DNA from: Myxococcota bacterium
Lineage (GTDB): Bacteria > Myxococcota_A > Polyangia > Polyangiales > Houyiibacteriaceae
NCBI GenBank assembly: GCA_039030295.1
Contig: JBCCEK010000002.1
Location: forward strand, 3,978-67,977
DNA: 64,000 nt
Direction of reading: 5' to 3'
Shown: positions 57,539 to 64,000 of the stretch, in pieces
How the letters are laid out: every line of letters begins with the position of its first letter
Position numbering within the stretch: the stretch's first letter is position 1
Made by a program: the position numbers and the translations under genes
The notes under the pieces: model-generated
What the model was told of the DNA's origin: nothing
The model's input: the letters and a program-made list of their open reading frames with translations, nothing else
The model's database searches: none

Positions 57539-58419
57539 TAGAACATCGGAAACGGAAGCGTGGACTTCACTGCCTGAATGTCAGCGACGATACGAAGAGC
57601 GAAGACGACGATGGCCAAGGTGCAGAGGTTCGCCGACACAAGTCCCCAACCCACGAGACGAAGGCTCGACGCAGATGGCTTCGCGATAGAGAAGGCGAGC
57701 GTGGCGAGCGCAACGGGGAGGATCGCCGCAAGGATCCAAAGTGGTCCCTTCGGAGTCATCGGGGCAAGAACGCCAAGCCCGCACAGCACTACACAGATCA
57801 GGAACAGCGCGGCCCACTTGTGACGTACCCGAAACACGTCAGCCTCGGTCTTCGCCCGTGAGCCTGCAATCGTGAGTCGTGCCGCGGACGTCCCGAGCAG
57901 GGAGGCGGCGAACCAAATAGCGGCCACGTAGACCGACGGAGTGAGACCCAACCCCGTCATGAGCCCAAGCGGGATCGCGACGGACGAGAGCGCCAAGGCG
58001 GCCAACGTCTCACCAAGCAGTCGACGCTCGAGGCCCCGAGACGCCATCGTCGCAAGCAAGGCTCCGAGCAACATCGGGATCAGACTCGCGGTTCGGGCCA
58101 TCGTCGAGGCATACCAAAGCGCCAGCCCGCCCGTCACAACGGCGACGAACAGCGTCAAGCCCAACACTCGTCGTGCTTGGCGACCCGAATCCCGGCTAGC
58201 TCTGGTCCCCCGATGGCCACTGATCACGAGCAGCGGCTCGTTGGCGACGAAGCAGGCGATCACCGCGACCGTGAACAGCCACGCCGATCGCGTCGGCACT
58301 CCACCCAGCAATACGGCGACAATCGGAAACAACAACTCCGCGTATGCACCATGCTCGCGGGGTATCATCAGACGTGGCCGCCTCCGCACCGGGACGGCGG
58401 GTCGCAACGTCTTCGGCAT
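57538..58419 (-). CDS. YwiC-like polytopic membrane protein
   Basis: REHGAYAELLFP motif near the N-terminus and about 8 hydrophobic helices. Family call is from memory. Start could be 58368, 58419 or 58446. The stop overlaps the CBS start (TAATG). Confidence 0.45.
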   Translation of the reverse strand: MPKTLRPAVPVRRRPRLMIPREHGAYAELLFPIVAVLLGGVPTRSAWLFTVAVIACFVANEPLLVISGHRGTRASRDSGRQARRVLGLTLFVAVVTGGLALWYASTMARTASLIPMLLGALLATMASRGLERRLLGETLAALALSSVAIPLGLMTGLGLTPSVYVAAIWFAASLLGTSAARLTIAGSRAKTEADVFRVRHKWAALFLICVVLCGLGVLAPMTPKGPLWILAAILPVALATLAFSIAKPSASSLRLVGWGLVSANLCTLAIVVFALRIVADIQAVKSTLPFPMF

Positions 58420-58604
58420 CCATCGGTCCGACTGCGCAGAGGTCATGACGGAGGGATGCAGCAAGGAGCGTACCAGCGGCAACGGCCCCTCCCGGGGCAA
58501 CCACGCGGCGAATCGGCGCATTCGATGCGTAAGGATCACGCGTGACGCAATGGTTTCGTCACGACGGGACTCGGGTGCGGTCGCCTATTGCGTTCAAAAG
58601 AGCG

Positions 58605-59054
58605 CTACACGGCAAGTACTTGGCCAACCTGCTTCACCAGCTCGGCCTCATCGCTTGCCGCGAGATCTTTGTCGAGCGACCCCACCACGCAGCGCGCCGT
58701 CGGCTCATCGAGCGCTCCGCGCAGTCTCCCGAGAAACTTCGGTGGCGCCACGAGAACCAGTCGCTCGAAGAGGTCAGCCACGCGCCCATCCTCCAGCTTG
58801 GACGCCAGCCGCCTCGCATGGTCCGCCACCGCGCGATCGCGGGGCCCCTCCGAGCGACTCATGGCGCTCCGCCGTGCGTCCCCAGCGTTGCGACGAAAAC
58901 TCCGGCCAGGTCGATCGGCATCAAACTCTTGGTCTGACTGTCGGCCATCGGCATGCTCGATGCGCTCCAGAAGAACGAGACCTTTGCCAGGTCCACGGTT
59001 CTCGAACAACCTGGCGCCCGCGTCGTGTGCGACCAGCACCCAGGTCGTAGTCAT
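58605..59054 (-). CDS. Host-attachment-family (Host_attach) protein
   Basis: 149 aa. WVLVAHDAGARLFEN...LVLVAPPKFLGRLR...DLAASDEAEL resembles the 'protein required for attachment to host cells' family, from memory. Confidence 0.5.
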   Translation of the reverse strand: MTTTWVLVAHDAGARLFENRGPGKGLVLLERIEHADGRQSDQEFDADRPGRSFRRNAGDARRSAMSRSEGPRDRAVADHARRLASKLEDGRVADLFERLVLVAPPKFLGRLRGALDEPTARCVVGSLDKDLAASDEAELVKQVGQVLAV

Positions 59055-59398
59055 GATGCACCCAGATCTGCGTCAACAGCCGACCGAACGTCGACGCCAA
59101 ACTGGGCCCCGTTCGGGGAACGTGGTGCTGCGTCCGCGACTCGCGGAACTGTAGGGCGTCGTCCGAAATCACGGGTCGATGGTGAGGGATCTGGGCTTGG
59201 TCGAGGCATGTCGATCTCCTGAACTGACAAGACGATTACGCAAGCGCCGTGCCGACTCTGCTCGCCTCAGAATCGTGTTCCACGTCTGGCTGGGCCACTG
59301 AGCTGCGCGCAACGACTGCGTAGCGCGGACTTGGACGCCGCACCAGGCCAAGGACCGCGCGTCCGATCTGCTAGAGTTTGCACTCCACGCCGAGAACC

Positions 59399-60964
59399 AT
59401 GGCTACACTCAAAGACGATCTGTGCACGCAAGGTTTCGAGCTGATCGAAACCCATATTTCTTGGGTGTTCGTGGGCAAGACCGAAGTGTTCAAGGTCAAA
59501 CGCCCGGTCAACTTAGGGTTCCTCGACTTCTCGACGGTGGAGAAGCGGCACTCGGCCTGCCTGGCCGAGGTTCAGCTCAACTCGCGCCTTGCACCCGACG
59601 TGTATCGATCGGTTGTCCCGGTCACGCGCGACGCCCATGGAGCGCATTCCTTGTCGGGCGAGGGCTCGACCGTCGACTGGGCCGTCCGAATGCGCCGCCT
59701 CCGTGAAGAGGATCGAGCCGACGTACGACTCGAAGAGGGCAAACTGGGGATCGAGGACGTTCGCCGGCTCGCACGGCACGTCGCCGACTTCCATGCGCAC
59801 GCTAGCAGCGATGCCGAGACTCGAAGGCATGGCGAAGTCGACGCGATTCGGAGGAACGTCGTCGAGAACTTCGAGCAAACGCTCGATTCGATTCATCATT
59901 ACCTTTCTCCCGCACAAGCGGAGGAGGTCAAGGCTTGGCAGCTCGCGGAGTTGGACGACGTCACCCGATTCTCCGCACGCACACGGGCCGACCGAATTCG
60001 AGACGGGCACGGTGACCTGCGACTCGAGCACGTGTACTTCGGACGAACCGGGGACATCTCAATCATCGACTGCATCGAGTTCAACGAGCGCTTCCGCTAC
60101 GCGGATGTGTGCGCCGACGTGGCGTTCCTCTCCATGGACTTCGCCTGGCACGGCCACGTCGACCTGGCAGAGCATCTGCTCGCCCACTACGCGTGGGAAT
60201 CCGATGACTACGACCTCTACTCGGTGGTGAACTTCTACGAGAGCTATCGCGCGTTCGTCCGCGGAAAGATCTCCGCACTGCTCGCGGATGACGCCGAAGT
60301 ATCCGCCGATGCTCGCCAACGAGCCCGCCGAGATGCAAGGCGCTACTTCGTGCTCTCCTTGGCGTTCGAAAGGCCACCGTTGGAGACTCCACGCGTAGTC
60401 GCCGTCGGCGGTTCGATCGCGAGCGGAAAGAGCACCGTGGCTCGGTACACGGGTGAGCTCTTGGCGGCGCCTGTCATCAGTACAGACCGAACGAGAAAGC
60501 GATTGGCGGGACGGGTTCCGTCCGACTCGATGCGGAGTAGACCTTGGTCCGGCGAGTACTCAGAGGGCGCAACCCGGCGCGTCTACGAAGAAGTACTCCG
60601 GCGAGCCGACGTCGTGGTCCGCTCGGGCCGTCCCGTGGTCCTCGATGCATCGTTCCGTTCCTCGGAGTCGCGTTGCGCAGCCCATGGCGTGGCCGAACGA
60701 CTTGGCGTCCCGTTCACGTTCGTCGAATGCAAAGCTCCCCGTGAGCTGTGTCTCGAACGCCTCGAACGACGCGAGCGAAGTGGTACCCATGACAGCGATG
60801 CACGTTCCGACCTACTCGACTCGTTCGAGGCTCGCTACGAGCCGATCGCGGAGCCTCCTCCTTGGGACTGTTTGCGTGTGGACACCTCTCTTCCGGTGGA
60901 CCGGAATCGACGACTGGTCGCCGAAGCGCTGGCACGCGAACCGTCTTGGCAGTCACCAACCTAG
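59399..60964 (+). CDS. Bifunctional aminoglycoside-phosphotransferase-like / AAA_33 P-loop kinase protein (Rv2004c-like architecture)
   Basis: N-terminal LIETHISWVFVGKTEVFKVKRPV and GHGDLRLEHVY (APH/kinase catalytic region). C-terminal P-loop GGSIASGKST. Start at MATLKDD. Confidence 0.7.
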   Translation: MATLKDDLCTQGFELIETHISWVFVGKTEVFKVKRPVNLGFLDFSTVEKRHSACLAEVQLNSRLAPDVYRSVVPVTRDAHGAHSLSGEGSTVDWAVRMRRLREEDRADVRLEEGKLGIEDVRRLARHVADFHAHASSDAETRRHGEVDAIRRNVVENFEQTLDSIHHYLSPAQAEEVKAWQLAELDDVTRFSARTRADRIRDGHGDLRLEHVYFGRTGDISIIDCIEFNERFRYADVCADVAFLSMDFAWHGHVDLAEHLLAHYAWESDDYDLYSVVNFYESYRAFVRGKISALLADDAEVSADARQRARRDARRYFVLSLAFERPPLETPRVVAVGGSIASGKSTVARYTGELLAAPVISTDRTRKRLAGRVPSDSMRSRPWSGEYSEGATRRVYEEVLRRADVVVRSGRPVVLDASFRSSESRCAAHGVAERLGVPFTFVECKAPRELCLERLERRERSGTHDSDARSDLLDSFEARYEPIAEPPPWDCLRVDTSLPVDRNRRLVAEALAREPSWQSPT

Positions 60965-61591
60965 GATCGCAACCAGCGCTCCGGTCGCAACGATGAGGCC
61001 GCCAACCGCGCCGTCGCCGTACCGATCGAACCAACGGCCCCGAACGAGTCGCCCGCCTGCGTGCGCGACCGTCACGAGTGCGACCATCGTTCCGACGGTG
61101 GCCACCTCATAGGTGACGACGAGCGCAACGACTTCGCCGGGGGTCAACGCTGCGGCGGCGAACAAAATCGGAATCACGGCGACGCACGGGTCGACGCAGT
61201 AGATGAGGAAGAGCGTCCAAGTGGAGAGGCGCGACGGCTCATGCACGTGATCATAGTGATGGTGCCGGTGTCCATGAATGTGGTGTGCGAAGGCGTGGCG
61301 GACCCCCCACACGGCATACGCGACGCCGAAGCCGATCAACAGGAGGCCCGAGACCGACCCCATTCGTGTGCCCACCGACTCGAGCAGCTTGGCGCCGAAG
61401 ACCAAGGCCAGTAGCCCCAGCACCACCGATACCGTCACGTGCCCCAACCCGCAGAGAAGCGCGACACGCATCGTCCTGCCTTTGGACCATCGCCGGGCTC
61501 GCGCGACTGCCGCGATCGGGACCCAGTGGTCCGGCGCCAACGAATGGAGAACGCCAACCGTCACCGCAGCGAACGCCAAGGTCGCGAACAC
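60953..61591 (-). CDS. Nickel/cobalt transporter-like membrane protein (NicO/UreH-like)
   Basis: GTG start with GGAGGA upstream, 1 nt after the hypB stop. LHSLAPDHW motif. Cytoplasmic His-rich loop HAFAHHIHGHRHHHYDHVHE. Six hydrophobic helices. Confidence 0.65.
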   Translation of the reverse strand: MFATLAFAAVTVGVLHSLAPDHWVPIAAVARARRWSKGRTMRVALLCGLGHVTVSVVLGLLALVFGAKLLESVGTRMGSVSGLLLIGFGVAYAVWGVRHAFAHHIHGHRHHHYDHVHEPSRLSTWTLFLIYCVDPCVAVIPILFAAAALTPGEVVALVVTYEVATVGTMVALVTVAHAGGRLVRGRWFDRYGDGAVGGLIVATGALVAILGW

Positions 61592-61592
61592 G

Positions 61593-62345
61593 CTACTGTC
61601 CTCCGTGGGTGTGCTGCTTCCGCGGACCGGAAACAGCGGGTCGAACTTCCGCTCCTGCAGGAAGCGACGGTCGGCGGGCACGCAGCCACGCAACCCACTC
61701 GTCGATGCCCTCCCCTGTCTTCGCCGACACGCGGATCATCGAGGCGTTCGGCATCACCCGTGCCAGCGCCCGATCAACCGCGGCTAAATCGAAATCCAGG
61801 TGCGGGATCAAGTCGACCTTCGTCAGGAGGACCAGGTCTGCTTTTTGGAACATGACCGGATACTTCAAGGGCTTGTCTTCTCCTTCGGTCACAGACAGGG
61901 CTACGACGTTGGCTGCCTGCCCCAGATCGTAGATCGCTGGGCAGACGAGATTGCCAACGTTCTCGATGAAGAACACGTCGCAATCGGTCATCGGCAGATG
62001 GTGCAGAGCGTGATGCACCAAGCGCGCGTCGAGATGGCAAGCGGACCCCGTCGTGATCGTCGTCGACCGGATTCCCGCAGCGTTCAGCCGACCTGCGTCT
62101 CTGTCAGTGGCCAGGTCGCCGCTGACCGCGCGAAGCCGAAGACTCGTTCCAGCGGCTGACGCGGTCGCCTCGAGGACCGCGGTCTTACCCGCTCCAGGTG
62201 AGCCCATCAAATTGATGGCTAGAACACCGGCGCCCTGGAAATGAGATCGATTGTGTTCGGCCCTCGCGTCGTTGTCGGAGAGAATCCGCGACTGCACCTC
62301 GATCGGAACGACTTCGGGGTCGCCGCATCCGCACGTCTCACACAT
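61593..62345 (-). CDS. hypB: Hydrogenase nickel-incorporation GTPase HypB
   Basis: N-terminal MCETCGCG metal site, P-loop GSPGAGKT, ENVGNLVCP, and LTKVDL (NKxD-like). Confidence 0.9.
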   Translation of the reverse strand: MCETCGCGDPEVVPIEVQSRILSDNDARAEHNRSHFQGAGVLAINLMGSPGAGKTAVLEATASAAGTSLRLRAVSGDLATDRDAGRLNAAGIRSTTITTGSACHLDARLVHHALHHLPMTDCDVFFIENVGNLVCPAIYDLGQAANVVALSVTEGEDKPLKYPVMFQKADLVLLTKVDLIPHLDFDLAAVDRALARVMPNASMIRVSAKTGEGIDEWVAWLRARRPSLPAGAEVRPAVSGPRKQHTHGGQ

Positions 62346-62685
62346 CTGCTACCTCCATTTCGATCCTCTCGAGGACGATCTCGTCACCGCGGACGAGAGT
62401 CGCGGGCCGCGAGCAGTCGTGGCACCTGAGCACGGCGCCTCTCGGAATACGTCGATCGCAACGAGTGCAAGCCCACACGGCATCGATCGCGTCGATCTCC
62501 AGTTGCGCCCCTTCGCAGATCGTTCTTTCGCGAAACGTCTCAAACGCTGTTCGAAGCAAGTCCACTTCGACACCCGACAGCTCGCCGATCTTGACGCGTA
62601 GCTTCTGGACTTTCGAGCCACAGTGGGCCTGCACTTCGTGCTCGACCCGGTCGATGAGTGACGCGACGATTGAGTATTCGTGCAC
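62338..62685 (-). CDS. hypA: Hydrogenase maturation nickel metallochaperone HypA
   Basis: GTG start (VHEYSIVASL = canonical MHEYSI) with GGAGGG upstream. Zn site CTRCDRR...CHDCS. 8-nt overlap with hypB. Confidence 0.85.
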   Translation of the reverse strand: MHEYSIVASLIDRVEHEVQAHCGSKVQKLRVKIGELSGVEVDLLRTAFETFRERTICEGAQLEIDAIDAVWACTRCDRRIPRGAVLRCHDCSRPATLVRGDEIVLERIEMEVADV

Positions 62686-62689
62686 GGGT

Positions 62690-63526
62690 TCATCCCTCCT
62701 CGAACTTGGGCGCCCTCTTGTCGAAGAACGCTTCGATGCCCTCGGCGAAGTCGGCCCCGTTTGCGACCCGAGCGAGCTCGGAGAGCTCAGCGTCGAGATG
62801 TACATCCAGCCTATCCATGCCGGACGCTTGATTGAGCAACCCCTTGGCGGTCGCCACCGCAGAGCGAGGAGACGCCGCCAAGCGATGCGCGACTTCGCGT
62901 ACTTGGGGCTCGAAAGACACGTCTGTGAACACACGGTTGACCAGTCCCCACTCGAGTGCTTCTTGGGCACTCAGTCGTGGGTTGAGCAGGATGAACTCGA
63001 GGGACCTGCGGAGCCCCACCAGTCTCGGAAGCAAGAATGTCGAGCTCTCGGCGCCGCTCAGCCCGGTCTTGAAGTAGGCCCACTCGAACCACGCCCGCTC
63101 GGATGCGAGAACCAAGTCGCAACTCATCGCGATCCCGAATCCCCCTGCCGCCGCGGCGCCGTCAACAGCAGCAACAAATGGTTTTGACGCACGACGGATC
63201 TCCGAGATCGCACTGTGGATGTACTCGAGGATCTGCTTGAACACCCGACCGTAGCCTGGGTCAGAGGATTCGGGACGCAGGTATTGGAGGTCGCTCCCTT
63301 CGCCGCCGTCTCGAATGTACTTGAGGTCGGCCCCACTGCAGAACACCCCTCCTTCGCCACGAATCAGCACGACCCGCACTTCGTTGTCGCGCGCGAGCTG
63401 CAATCCAGCCTTTCTGAAATCCTGGGCCGTGCGCACATCGAGGGAGTTGAGTCTCTCGCGGCGATCGATCGTGAGGACCCCGACGGGGCCATCTCGCTCG
63501 ACCCGGATGTTGCTTTCGCTGGCCAT
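62690..63526 (-). CDS. Crotonase-fold (enoyl-CoA hydratase/isomerase superfamily) protein lacking both hydratase catalytic glutamates, embedded in the hyp operon
   Basis: VVLIRGEGGVFCSGADL oxyanion-hole motif. Gapless alignment to rat ECHS1 AAVNGYALGGGCELAMMCD...FGQPEILLG (reference sequence recalled from memory) gives AAVDGAAAAGGFGIAMSCD...FEWAYFKTG, i.e. Glu to Gly and Glu to Tyr. Lies 1 nt after the hypE stop and 4 nt before the hypA start. Confidence 0.8.
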   Translation of the reverse strand: MASESNIRVERDGPVGVLTIDRRERLNSLDVRTAQDFRKAGLQLARDNEVRVVLIRGEGGVFCSGADLKYIRDGGEGSDLQYLRPESSDPGYGRVFKQILEYIHSAISEIRRASKPFVAAVDGAAAAGGFGIAMSCDLVLASERAWFEWAYFKTGLSGAESSTFLLPRLVGLRRSLEFILLNPRLSAQEALEWGLVNRVFTDVSFEPQVREVAHRLAASPRSAVATAKGLLNQASGMDRLDVHLDAELSELARVANGADFAEGIEAFFDKRAPKFEEG

Positions 63527-63527
63527 G

Positions 63528-64000
63528 TCAGCAGATCCTCGGCAAGAGCTCGCCCTCGGCCTCGGGTAGGAGCCGTCGGCCAAAACCGGTGTCGAGTACG
63601 ACGAACCCCGGGCGATCGGCGACGCACTCGGCAACGATCGCCGCGTGTTTACCAAGCGGATGCGACCGTACCGCGTCGAGCACCGCGTCGGCGCAATGGG
63701 CCTTCAACCCGATGACCGCCTTGCCTTCGTTGGCCACGAGGAGAGGATCGATCCCGAGGAGCTCGCCGACGGCGACAACCTCATCTCGCAGCGGAACGTC
63801 CAGACCGTGTAGGACGATACCGACGCCGCTCTTTTGCGCCATCTCGTGAAGGGCGCTCGAGAGCCCACCGCGAGTGGGGTCCTTCATCGCCACGACCCCT
63901 TCCCCGCCGACCTCGAGCGCGAGGCGTACCAGGGTGTTGATCGGCGCGACGTCTGAGACGAGCTCCGTCTCGAGCGCTAGCTCGTTACGGGTGGCCATGA
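63528..64000 (-). CDS. hypE: Hydrogenase maturation protein HypE, C-terminal part (5' end outside the window)
   Basis: AIR-synthase-like C-terminal domain (AMKDPTRGGLSSALHEMA, LLVANEGK), ending in the HypE-specific PRIC terminal cysteine. Confidence 0.85.
   Translation of the reverse strand, partial: MATRNELALETELVSDVAPINTLVRLALEVGGEGVVAMKDPTRGGLSSALHEMAQKSGVGIVLHGLDVPLRDEVVAVGELLGIDPLLVANEGKAVIGLKAHCADAVLDAVRSHPLGKHAAIVAECVADRPGFVVLDTGFGRRLLPEAEGELLPRIC

Noticed and set aside
1-64000. Scan for CRISPR arrays, tRNA/rRNA genes, transposases, integrases, phage or defence-system genes
   Set aside because: I saw no spaced direct-repeat arrays, no cloverleaf-like or rRNA-like conserved stretches in the few intergenic gaps longer than 150 nt, and no nuclease, recombinase or toxin-like ORFs. 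The window looks like core chromosome. A covariance-model scan (tRNAscan, Infernal) would be needed to exclude small RNAs formally.

Overview
Strongly GC-rich (clear GC3 bias), gene-dense chromosomal segment. The lipoprotein style and gene content suggest a Myxococcota/Deltaproteobacteria-like organism, but that is inference only. All product calls come from motifs I read in the supplied translations; no database search was run. Start codons were re-picked by hand using frame checks, SD-like sequences and start/stop overlaps. I recognised no rRNA, tRNA, CRISPR array, transposase or integrase. The window is mostly respiratory and redox machinery. (1) 85-10443: a giant 1653-aa PFOR with an extra C-terminal ferredoxin module, then rnfCDGEA with no rnfB, a 71-aa Cys-rich single-pass ORF, and a plant-type ferredoxin-NADP reductase, all tightly coupled. 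(2) Class-I HMG-CoA reductase with an unknown N-terminal domain, and a PEPCK plus LDH/MDH-like pair. (3) A sulfur-ester-flavoured block: MBL alkylsulfatase-like protein, sulfotransferase, SDRs, CysK, TauE. (4) An HDAC-family deacetylase fused to an uncharacterised C-terminal domain, and a MacAB-like ABC efflux system. (5) Na+-NQR nqrABCDEF, a 58-aa NqrM missing from the ORF track, and a coupled tail of CBS, FGGY kinase, sphingosine-1-phosphate-lyase-like PLP enzyme and an AAA ATPase. (6) 46156-56834: a multihaem island with six c-type cytochromes carrying 64 CxxCH plus one CX3CH and one CX4CH motif, a predicted outer-membrane beta-barrel and a NapC/NirT-like membrane tetrahaem. This parts list matches a porin-cytochrome extracellular electron-transfer conduit. 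(7) A stress/hypoxia-like set: CBS, YwiC-like, host-attachment-family protein, APH-AAA kinase, and USP further upstream. (8) A [NiFe]-hydrogenase maturation operon, hypE / crotonase-fold protein / hypA / hypB / Ni-Co transporter. By gapless hand alignment to rat ECHS1 (sequence recalled from memory), the embedded crotonase lacks both canonical hydratase glutamates. The most interesting candidates are the multihaem island, the hyp-embedded crotonase (possible HypX-like CO-ligand function), the RnfB-less PFOR-Rnf-FNR module, and the NqrM-like ORF attached to Rnf.
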